From assembly GCA_947372925.1 (NCBI GenBank), contig CANBVQ010000001.1, positions 54,286 to 118,285 on the forward strand: DNA of 64,000 nucleotides, read 5' to 3'. Below the pieces are notes generated by a model that did not search any database, was not told where the DNA came from, and was given only the letters and a program-made list of their open reading frames with translations. The position numbers were made by a program, and so were the translations under genes. The stretch comes from Acidimicrobiaceae bacterium (GTDB lineage Bacteria > Actinomycetota > Acidimicrobiia > Acidimicrobiales > RAAP-2). Below are positions 11,301-19,011 of this stretch, piece after piece. The stretch's first letter is position 1; each line of letters begins with the position of its first letter.

Positions 11301-13492
11301 ATCAGACAACGAGCTGGATGCCTGGATTCCAGACGGGGCCCAACACCTGGCTCGAAGGTGGAACTAAGGACTCGACCACCATCTCGCGAGCCAACATCAC
11401 ATTTGTGAATGATGGACTTCACATGGTTCCGACCAGACTCCTTCTCACAGCCGATGGTGGTGCTGGCGGCTCTTACAGCTTCAACACGCACATGAAGATT
11501 GCAAAGAACGCAGCCAGGGGTGCTACCCAAACTCTGAAGGTTTCATTCCCTGCGATGACGGGACGCTCGTTCCGCTTGAGTGTTGATCAGTTTCTGGCTG
11601 TGGGCGTCAAGGACAGAATTTCCGGGGCACTCAACCATCCTCCGATTGCAATTACAGAATGGAAGCTCGGAACCATAAAGCCTGAATCAATCTCTTCTAC
11701 TTTCCGCTCAACTTGCCGAAGCGATCTGATTTCCATCGACGGAACAGGGATTCCTGTGTACGTGCATGGTTCCACCGCTGACGCATTGGCGCAACACCAG
11801 ATTGCGTTCTCTAGCTGCGGAGAGAAATTCTCTCTCTCAGCCGGTACGCATCACCTGCGCGCGGCGTTTGGTGTTGGCACGGGAATCAATATTGACAACA
11901 TTTCACTCGCCTCACTTGCCGACTCCGCCAGTCCAGCGGTAACGCCAATACTGAATCTGAAGAGTCACTGGACAAATCGCTGGAGCATGGAAGCTCGAAT
12001 TCCGGCGAACGCCGCGGGTCAGTATGTCGCTGTTGGTCAGAGCTTCGGCCCAGGATGGACCGCCCGTCTGGATGGAGCAGATCTTGGAGCACCGCTTCTA
12101 ATCGATGGCGCTTCAATGGGATGGCTCCTTCCCTCAAAGATGAGTGGAGCCCAGAACCTAGTAGTGACCTGGACGCCACAAGGGACAGTAAATCTCGCAT
12201 TGCTGGCTTCTCTTTTAGGCCTCCTCCTCTGCCTCGGAATTTCGACTGGAAGGGCTCCTAAGAGTTCCACCTGGATGAGCGATGCGCGTCCCACGGTTCT
12301 TCGTGATCCATCTGTTAGGCGTCCCGCACTGGTCTTTGGCGTGAGTCTCTTAGTTGGCCTCTGTGTTTCGTGGTGGTTTATTCCTTTGAGCCTGCTTGCG
12401 GCTGTGTATCTCTTCTCAAGCCCTTCATCTACCAAATCAATCCCTCGGTTCATCACGGTGCTCTTAGTAACCGCCGGCGGTTGTACTGTCGCGGCAAATC
12501 AGATGCATCTCGTTCGTTCGATTGAATGGCCGAATCACGTTCCGCTAGCCAATGGGTTGACGTGGATTGCGCTGGCTCTTTGGGTAGTGGTGATTATCGC
12601 TACCGGACCCAAGCTCCAGGCGTCAACGGCACAGCCAGTTGGCGAAGACGTGGTTGAAACCGAGCGCCGCCGAGGCCTCAATGTTCCCGTTAGCGCCGAA
12701 TCACTTACAACCGACGAACGCGATCTACTTCCTCTGGTGGTAGCACCTCGCGGGGCTCTACGTTCGCTTGCTCTTCTCCGTGCCTTATTGGTGAAGAGGC
12801 GTGATCCCGATCTATATCGACGGATTGTCCTCACCGACACCATGAATCAGGTAGTCGGCAAGAGCCCTCTGTTCAACAGGAGGATCCTCGAGATTGCTGA
12901 CTTTGATACCTCGTACGCTGCGGGCTTTGCAGAGCGTGGCGCTCGGGTCACATCAATGCGTCGAGAACTGCCTCAGCCCAAGCGTGGCATCGCGAAGATT
13001 GCCAGTCAAAATGCAGACCCCGTGGCACCAGAGGTGGCGTACACCCCGCTGCACATTCCGTCGGGCGATAAGTCATTCGATTTAGTGTTCGCCACGAATG
13101 TCCTCAGTAGTGTTGAGGAGCCTGAGGCTTTGATCAACGAACTAGTCCGTGTTACCCGACCCGGCGGCTCCATTTACCTCCAAAACACCACGTGGTTCTC
13201 GCCATGGGGCGGCAGGGAGACTTCGCCGTGGCATCTAATTTCCGGCAATTTCGCACGACGCGCGTACACGCGCAAGCACGGACACCTTCCCCGCAATGTG
13301 TATTCTCAAAACTTCTTCCGTATCCGCATCAGCGAGGTAATGGAATCGCTCCGTGACGATCCTCGGATAGTGGTTGTCAGCGCTCATCCGCGTTATCTAC
13401 CGGAGAGTTTTGGTTGGTTGCTCCGTATTCCCTTGGTGAACGAACTGCTCACGTTGAGTCTGGTTGTAACCCTCGAAAGAACTGCCGATTAG
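8357..13492 (+). CDS. AftD-family (DUF3367) alpha-(1->3)-arabinofuranosyltransferase-like GT-C membrane protein with two discoidin/CBM32-like domains, fused to a C-terminal Rv0224c/MtrP-like class I methyltransferase domain
   Basis: N-terminal multi-TM region with ADTKAYLYLDP, HQNIGYLFPMGPF and WIAQRFW (AftD-like). Discoidin-like motifs YSLDGLVDTAW and AAFDGDQTTSW. A second TM bundle, then a ~250-aa domain with FDLVFATNV, ELVRVTRPGG, PWGGRET and RKHGHLPRNVY. Confidence 0.85.
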   Translation: MKLRLPGSFDVARLRRFRTWDTFLFALIAYVPFFGNNPGKVSADTKAYLYLDPSHLLATATSMWNADQGFGMVTHQNIGYLFPMGPFFWLTHTIGIPTWIAQRFWMGSLLFLAGLGVRKAAQELGLSRVASWSAALPYVFTPFILVNIGRTSAILMPWAGLGWLLLFAIRSARFGGWKNPARFALVVALVGGVNATSILLVGLAPAVWLLFAATTREISWRSLASTVSRIGLLCSSVSLWWIAGLWAEGKFGINILQYTETIPTVASTSSSSEVFRGLGYWYFYGWDHSQAWTSSSVGYTTGQFAPIFSLILPTAAVIAAMFVKWRYRTFSVLLAFLGVVIAVGAYPYNSPTPAGSALKWFGENTTVGLAMRSTNRVVPIMVLALGLLLGSSVDALRSRHPRRILPVFGLIFLAATIGLTPLFNGTALATNLSSSQKLPAYVENAAKDLNSGDTSTGVLGLPGLDFGYYRWGAYVDSAWPGLLKRPYVTSQITLQGQPASVNLVRSLDSPIQDLIALPRSIAPIARLLGTGDVLFQFDTQFDRFSGPEPWYLWRLSQSPSLGLVFKKAYGPVVTDQVGDGPFINESNLALPQGFKWPRSLAIYGVQGVRQLVRIESSASPAIVAGDGEGLVNMAGLGILPEDRAIFYDGALTASQLERLTANATASLYVTDSNQRRLNSYGVLHSSPGYVQQAGETPIVKSPSQQTLLAYPDTVSGAQTVAVLGNIKSVQASSYGNPIANNPEVQAYYSLDGLVDTAWQTSAFGKAPGQFIQIDMGHRLSFNRLRLTQAQSSTINRWITQVTITVDGKSLGKFSLSKSTRSRRGGVIKLPKTSGSVIRITINQTSHDDGNLAGQSGVGFAEISIPGLPAVTHSLMMPTSLLNRAGNAALVNDLRFVMTRARVATTPPRLDPELTIDRMFELPAGRMFTIRGTTSIQPAASDATISRLLGIGGSSNGQIVRSSSSTRLVGSLTNGPWAAFDGDQTTSWMPGFQTGPNTWLEGGTKDSTTISRANITFVNDGLHMVPTRLLLTADGGAGGSYSFNTHMKIAKNAARGATQTLKVSFPAMTGRSFRLSVDQFLAVGVKDRISGALNHPPIAITEWKLGTIKPESISSTFRSTCRSDLISIDGTGIPVYVHGSTADALAQHQIAFSSCGEKFSLSAGTHHLRAAFGVGTGINIDNISLASLADSASPAVTPILNLKSHWTNRWSMEARIPANAAGQYVAVGQSFGPGWTARLDGADLGAPLLIDGASMGWLLPSKMSGAQNLVVTWTPQGTVNLALLASLLGLLLCLGISTGRAPKSSTWMSDARPTVLRDPSVRRPALVFGVSLLVGLCVSWWFIPLSLLAAVYLFSSPSSTKSIPRFITVLLVTAGGCTVAANQMHLVRSIEWPNHVPLANGLTWIALALWVVVIIATGPKLQASTAQPVGEDVVETERRRGLNVPVSAESLTTDERDLLPLVVAPRGALRSLALLRALLVKRRDPDLYRRIVLTDTMNQVVGKSPLFNRRILEIADFDTSYAAGFAERGARVTSMRRELPQPKRGIAKIASQNADPVAPEVAYTPLHIPSGDKSFDLVFATNVLSSVEEPEALINELVRVTRPGGSIYLQNTTWFSPWGGRETSPWHLISGNFARRAYTRKHGHLPRNVYSQNFFRIRISEVMESLRDDPRIVVVSAHPRYLPESFGWLLRIPLVNELLTLSLVVTLERTAD

Positions 13493-14646
13493 CGCTTTTC
13501 GCTGAGTAGCTGAAAGAGCTTCAAGGCAGCACTGTCCCATGTGAGCGACTGCGCATACTTGAGTGCTCCCTCACGAAGCGACCCAAGCAGCTCTTCGTCC
13601 TGCAGAACATTCGAGATAGTTGTGGCTACTTGCGCCTCATCGACCAGCAGTCCGCTGTGACCATCCATCACGGCGTCACGATGGCCGGCAATGTCTACGG
13701 CCACCGAGGGTGTGCCGCAGGCGGCCGCTTCAGTGAGAGACATCCCCCACCCTTCACGTAACGACATTGAAGAAACCAGCCAGGCGCGCTGATACAGGGC
13801 AAGCAGTTCTCCATCAGAGATTCTGCCCGCCAGCGTTATCCACTCCTGGGCGCCGTGGGCCGCAATCATTTCCTCCAGCTCCGTTCGAAGGTAGCCCTCG
13901 CCAACGATTACGAAACGCGCTGTCGGTACTTTCTTGCGGACTTCAATAAAGGAGTTGATTAAAAGGTCGAAACGCTTCACGGGCACCAACCGACCCACTG
14001 CGACGATCAATGGCGTCGGCGAACGGTCATCCCCGGGAACAAAAGAAGGGGAAATGCCCGGTGGCACTACTGCCACGCGCCGCAAGTGCATGCGATCCCC
14101 AATCTCCTCTTGAGAAGAGTTGGAGAGCGTCGCAATCGTCGTGCCTCGATAGAACGGTGGTGCCAGACGATGCTCAATGAGCCATCCAAGACGCCCTAGA
14201 AGGCCCGGCAAGGTCATCTGCCACATTTCCCCGTGTACGTGGTGGAGAAGCACCAGACGGCGGCCACGGTGCCACAGAGGAGAGAGGAAAGGCATCCCAT
14301 TCCAGATTTCCACCACTCCGTCAGGCCGGTGGGAGCGCCGACTGAAAAGTCCATTCAAAATGACACTCGGGAAGACTTGGTATCGCCCACCCCGACGATT
14401 TGCGACGTAGCCGTTCCGCTCGACTCTCGCAGCACGACCTGGAACGGCTGAAGTGCGAGACTCAATAGCAACTCCCGCAGCCGCCCATCGTTTCAAGATC
14501 TCGTCGGCGTGTAGTTCGGATCCCCCTGCTTCCGGGTCATCAAGATCTCTCCAGGCAACAACATTGACCGAAGTAATACCGCTGGTCTGCACCAGGGTCT
14601 TGAGCGATTCCTGGTCGCTAGGCATTGGAATCTCCGTTGATGCCAA
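13489..14646 (-). CDS. Glycosyltransferase family 4 (GT-B), Rv0225-like
   Basis: WRDLDDPEAGGSE N-terminus, VGRLVPVKRFD and EGWGMSLTEAAACGTP (GT4 EX7E motif). The true start may be ATG at 14625. Confidence 0.88.
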   Translation of the reverse strand: MASTEIPMPSDQESLKTLVQTSGITSVNVVAWRDLDDPEAGGSELHADEILKRWAAAGVAIESRTSAVPGRAARVERNGYVANRRGGRYQVFPSVILNGLFSRRSHRPDGVVEIWNGMPFLSPLWHRGRRLVLLHHVHGEMWQMTLPGLLGRLGWLIEHRLAPPFYRGTTIATLSNSSQEEIGDRMHLRRVAVVPPGISPSFVPGDDRSPTPLIVAVGRLVPVKRFDLLINSFIEVRKKVPTARFVIVGEGYLRTELEEMIAAHGAQEWITLAGRISDGELLALYQRAWLVSSMSLREGWGMSLTEAAACGTPSVAVDIAGHRDAVMDGHSGLLVDEAQVATTISNVLQDEELLGSLREGALKYAQSLTWDSAALKLFQLLSEKR

Positions 14647-15874
14647 TCGGGCGCAAAGTGGCTAGGAGAAGACCCAGGAAGACCACCATCTGGAGGATGA
14701 GATCGCGATGCACTGTTTCCGCAATGGCGCCACCGGCTTGAGCGAGGTAGAGCGCTCCCCCCACTGTGCTGCAGGCCAGCCAGAGCGTCGGCCACCGTCG
14801 ACCAGAACCGAGGAGATACACGGAAAGCAACGTGCTTCCTCCTAGAAATACCATCGCCAAGATCAAGCTTGTCATCGACCCGTACTCCGTGGCGTAGCGA
14901 GACCCAAAGACGAGCGTAAGGAGCCTTTCGGGTGCAAGTTCGGAAGCAATGAGAAGCAGAGCGACCGGGATAAGCAGCAGGCCACCGGCGATTGTCAGCT
15001 GACGGTATGCATCTCGTCCTCGTCGATCGGCAATTGCCGTCTCGGGTAGTAAGAAGTTGCCAAGAATGATCGCCCCATAGACGATTGTCTTCGCCACTTG
15101 TGAGATTGCCGAGTACGCACCCGCAGCGCTGGAGCTATATCGGCCGATCAGAAACACATCGATGAACTGGAGTGTTGCCAGCAATGCGAGTGTCGCCAAT
15201 GCAATCAGGAGATCAGTGGTGATTCCTGTGTGCTCGAGCGCCTGTTCGTTGCGCGCCACATCTCGCACCCGCACGAGCCGTCGAGCGTGCCAACGAGCAA
15301 ATCCAATGGCCACCAAAAGGCCCGCGACGATTCCGGTCACACCGAATGGGCTTCCCAGAACCATGAACACGGTCCGCATGGCACCTTCTAGAAGGAAGTT
15401 GGAAGCGAGCGCCATGTAACGCTGTCGAGACTGGAGAAGCGCTCTGTCAACGTTCAGCAAGGCCCAGGAGATGGCAGCCAGGGCGTTGACCCATACGGCA
15501 AGCCACGAACGATGCCCCATCCACTGAGCCAAGAGGAAAGAGCCAGCCAGCGCGATAAGTGAAAAGATCAGCGCCCATCGAATGAGTCGTTGATTGAGCC
15601 GACGCTGCCAGCGCGCCATAAGAGATTCGTCATCCCTGACGAGGTAGTACGTCGCACGCCTCACCACCGCCACCGAGAGCGCTGAACCAGGAAGCGCGAC
15701 AATGAAGAAGATGCCAACCATCTGGGAGTAGGCACCGTACTCGGTCGGATTTAGAAGGCGAGCTATGAGAACGCTTACGCCAAGATTAAGAATGTTTGCT
15801 ACTAGTCCGGCGAAAGCAACTACGACGGCGCCACTGAGAAGTGCGTTTAGCCGTACCGCTATCCCCCGCGCCAT
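14618..15874 (-). CDS. Wzx-like oligosaccharide flippase / polysaccharide biosynthesis protein
   Basis: About 12 hydrophobic segments; NLGVSVLIARLLNPTEYGAY and DVFLIGRYSSSAAGAYSAISQVAK match the Wzx/MATE-like flippase pattern; glycosyltransferase neighbours. Confidence 0.75.
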   Translation of the reverse strand: MARGIAVRLNALLSGAVVVAFAGLVANILNLGVSVLIARLLNPTEYGAYSQMVGIFFIVALPGSALSVAVVRRATYYLVRDDESLMARWQRRLNQRLIRWALIFSLIALAGSFLLAQWMGHRSWLAVWVNALAAISWALLNVDRALLQSRQRYMALASNFLLEGAMRTVFMVLGSPFGVTGIVAGLLVAIGFARWHARRLVRVRDVARNEQALEHTGITTDLLIALATLALLATLQFIDVFLIGRYSSSAAGAYSAISQVAKTIVYGAIILGNFLLPETAIADRRGRDAYRQLTIAGGLLLIPVALLLIASELAPERLLTLVFGSRYATEYGSMTSLILAMVFLGGSTLLSVYLLGSGRRWPTLWLACSTVGGALYLAQAGGAIAETVHRDLILQMVVFLGLLLATLRPIGINGDSNA

Positions 15875-15882
15875 TGGCGTAG

Positions 15883-17352
15883 CTAAGCCTGAGGAGTGCG
15901 CGCTGGCAGAATCGGGGCGTCCCTACCGGTGCCGCCCTTGCCCGTCTCGTGATATTCCTCTTCGACGTTCACATTCCAAACATCGTGGTTTCCACCGTAA
16001 ATGTTGTCCACTGTCAATATTGCAGTGAACATTGAGTGATCCTGATTGTTGTACTTGTGCATGCCGTTACGTCCGATTAAGTGGACGTTGCTGGCTTCTG
16101 TCTCGAGATATGTTGCGATCGTCTTGACGTTCGCCTGATAGTGGCTGTCGTAGTAGGGGTAAGCCTTGGGCATTCGGAACACGTAGCCCATCTCGACGTC
16201 GGCAGCCTTCGCCAGTCCGAGGTACTCCAACTCGCGCTTGCCCTGTTCAATGAGGTCCTCATCGCGGGCATTCCACAACTCGTCGCCCTCAAACACGAAG
16301 AATTCTAGGCCCAAGCACGTGCGACCTTCTTTGACCAGAAACGGAGACCAAGAACCGAAGTTTTGAATACGGCCTACCTTGACTTCCTCAGCGTGAATGT
16401 AAATCCAATTGTCCGGGAAGGCCAGTTCCTCTGGAATCACAAGAGCGACTGTCAGGAAGTCGCGGTAGTGCAGACCGTGACCGGCTGTCAAAATTTCGCT
16501 CGGTAGTGCTGGCTTGAAGGCATCAACCAATTGGGCCATTGGCATTGTGGATATGACGTGTGACGCTGGCTGAAAACTCGCAGAACCGTCACTATTTACA
16601 ACATCAACTCCGGTCGCCTTGCCACCTTCAACTCTGATACCGACGACTTTTGTCTTCAGGTGAACTTGGCCACCCTTGGCAGCGATTAACTCGGCACACT
16701 TCTCCCACATCATGCCCGGACCAAACTTGGGGTACTGAAACTCCTCAATGAGTGAAGTGATCTCAGTTTGCCCACGCTTGGGCAGCAGGGCATTCAAGAT
16801 TGCATTACTGAGCGAGAGACTCTTAACGCGCTGAGCCGCCCAGTCGGCAGGCATCTCCTTAACGGGAACTCCCCATACCTTCTGGGTATAGGTCTCAAAG
16901 AACCGTCGATAGAGACGCCATCCGAATCGAGCTACCAGCCAGCCTTCGTAGTTGGTCTGATCTTTTGGTGGGCGCACTCTCGCCCACACGTAGCTCAAGA
17001 CGCACAGCACGGCCTCGAAAGGGCCGAGATTCTTTAGTGCGTTACCGGCTTTCAGGGGGTAGTCGTAGTACTTGCCGTCGTAGAAAATTCGACTCATGCG
17101 CGGGCGCAACAGAAAGTCCTCGTCGGGCAGAATCTCATGCCACAACTCTTCTACTTCCTTGACCTTGGTGAAGAACCTATGGCCGCCAATGTCAAATCTC
17201 CAGCCATCGCGCTCTACGGTGCGACTGATACCACCGACAACGCTGTCACCTTCGTAAACGATGACCGAGCCACCGCGCTTGACGATTTCGTATGCGGCGG
17301 TGAGACCGGCGGGACCACCGCCGATAACAACGATGGGGTTTGCTTCACTCAT
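15883..17352 (-). CDS. NAD(P)/FAD-dependent oxidoreductase, UDP-galactopyranose-mutase-like / HemY-fold family
   Basis: GGGPAGL dinucleotide fold, VGGISRT, FDIGGHRFF, KAYPYYD and GRNGMHKYNNQDHSM. Confidence 0.75.
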   Translation of the reverse strand: MSEANPIVVIGGGPAGLTAAYEIVKRGGSVIVYEGDSVVGGISRTVERDGWRFDIGGHRFFTKVKEVEELWHEILPDEDFLLRPRMSRIFYDGKYYDYPLKAGNALKNLGPFEAVLCVLSYVWARVRPPKDQTNYEGWLVARFGWRLYRRFFETYTQKVWGVPVKEMPADWAAQRVKSLSLSNAILNALLPKRGQTEITSLIEEFQYPKFGPGMMWEKCAELIAAKGGQVHLKTKVVGIRVEGGKATGVDVVNSDGSASFQPASHVISTMPMAQLVDAFKPALPSEILTAGHGLHYRDFLTVALVIPEELAFPDNWIYIHAEEVKVGRIQNFGSWSPFLVKEGRTCLGLEFFVFEGDELWNARDEDLIEQGKRELEYLGLAKAADVEMGYVFRMPKAYPYYDSHYQANVKTIATYLETEASNVHLIGRNGMHKYNNQDHSMFTAILTVDNIYGGNHDVWNVNVEEEYHETGKGGTGRDAPILPARTPQA

Positions 17353-17376
17353 GGCTAAACACTAGCCAAGACAGGG

Positions 17377-18933
17377 CTACTCGTGAAAGGGCAAAAGAGT
17401 CACATTCATGGACTGGTAAAAACCCGTCAGACGGGCCTGAAGAACTCTCACGGTGGGACGCCCAGTGGCCAATGCGATGTCTCGAACGACGGCTTTACAG
17501 GTACCTTTCAGGGTGTATCCCGACGACCACACGACGTAAATATCGCGGTTACCAGCCGCGGCGGTCACGGTAGACCCCGCAATCGAAGGTGAGGTTGCCT
17601 TAAATGCGGCCTTGTAGTCATACCAATTTACGATTGTTGGATTGGTGTACCGAGGGTACGAGCTGAATTCTAAGTCGCTGCGGGCATATCGGAGCACCGA
17701 CGGGCCGATCTGGTCTGGGCACATGAAAACGTAGGAGTCCGGCTTTGCGGTAGCCAGTACGGAGGCAACCTGGCCCGCCTGAGAGCGCTGCACGTTCCGG
17801 CCCCACTTGTCCGTCCAGAGCATTCCACCCGAAACTACGAGCAGTACAAGAAGTATGCGCACCGGCTTCTCGAGGACCATTACACCGCGTGCGACCAGCA
17901 ACGTGAGGGGTATTGCAATAACCGATGCGTAGCGAGGAACGAACGTGGTGTGGCCAAAATGACTGGCCAAAAGACCCACAAGCATTGTTCCGAAAACAAC
18001 AGTGACCAGGAACCTCGTTGCTGTTGGCACGCGAAAGTCCAGTTCGACGAGAAAGCGATCCTTCATGGCAACCGCAAATACTCCAAGCAGTACGAGGCTG
18101 ATGAATAGCAACAAGTTCACTTGATGGTGCAGCGACGGGGTGATGTGCTGTCGGCTCTGATTGACAATGAAGCCTTCAATCCAATTAAGAAACTGAAAGA
18201 ACGCCGGCGCCGGAGACCATGGCGTACCCGTGTGGAGTCGTTGCTCATTAAATATTGGCAGCCACGGAAGCCAGAGAATTCCGCCCCCCACAATGGCGAG
18301 AGCCTTGAACTTCAATTCGTTGCTGATCGAGCGCTTTTGCCAGACTTCAGAGACCAGAGCAAGAAACAAAACGACAATTAGGTATATAGACCAGTAGTGG
18401 GTGTAGAGGAGCATCGTCACAAGAGCCATCGACATGATGGACTTCTTAAGTGGCGAAACCTGCCAATTGCCGATCCAGACGAAGAGCAGCAGGGCGGACT
18501 CCAACATCACGAGGGAGTACATCCTGGCTTCGGTACCGAAATAGACCCCGTAGGGCAATACTGCGAGCACGGCAGTAGCCACGAAGGCATGCTTAGAGCC
18601 CCAGAGGCGCCGAGTCAGGGCGAAGGCGACGCCCAAACCGAGCACTGAGATGACTCCTGAAAGTGCCCTCACGGCAGAGTCCGAGTGGCCGAACAGCGTC
18701 ATCCAGAAATGTAGGAGGAAGTAATACAGCGGAGGTGCTCCGTCATTTCGCAGATGGTCCACCAGTTGACCTAACGAGGTACTTGCGATGTTGACGCTCA
18801 AAGCCTCATCTAGCCACAATTTCGAGGACGTGGAAAACCGGAGCAATATGCCAATTGCGACATCAATAGCCACCAGCAACGCAATACCAATGGGGCTGAG
18901 GCTCGAAACAACTTTCCAGAGGCGCTTCATCAA
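17377..18933 (-). CDS. GT-C glycosyltransferase, family 39 / PMT-2-like membrane protein
   Basis: LWLDEALS, DGAPPLYYFLLHFW, EARMYSL and LYTHYW motifs; many TM segments; soluble C-terminal domain. Confidence 0.8.
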   Translation of the reverse strand: MMKRLWKVVSSLSPIGIALLVAIDVAIGILLRFSTSSKLWLDEALSVNIASTSLGQLVDHLRNDGAPPLYYFLLHFWMTLFGHSDSAVRALSGVISVLGLGVAFALTRRLWGSKHAFVATAVLAVLPYGVYFGTEARMYSLVMLESALLLFVWIGNWQVSPLKKSIMSMALVTMLLYTHYWSIYLIVVLFLALVSEVWQKRSISNELKFKALAIVGGGILWLPWLPIFNEQRLHTGTPWSPAPAFFQFLNWIEGFIVNQSRQHITPSLHHQVNLLLFISLVLLGVFAVAMKDRFLVELDFRVPTATRFLVTVVFGTMLVGLLASHFGHTTFVPRYASVIAIPLTLLVARGVMVLEKPVRILLVLLVVSGGMLWTDKWGRNVQRSQAGQVASVLATAKPDSYVFMCPDQIGPSVLRYARSDLEFSSYPRYTNPTIVNWYDYKAAFKATSPSIAGSTVTAAAGNRDIYVVWSSGYTLKGTCKAVVRDIALATGRPTVRVLQARLTGFYQSMNVTLLPFHE

Positions 18934-19011
18934 GTCAGAATCCTATGCCGTCACCATGAACCCAAGATGGCATTGAAATTGAGTATTCTCACTAAGTCTG
19001 AAAGAGGAGCA

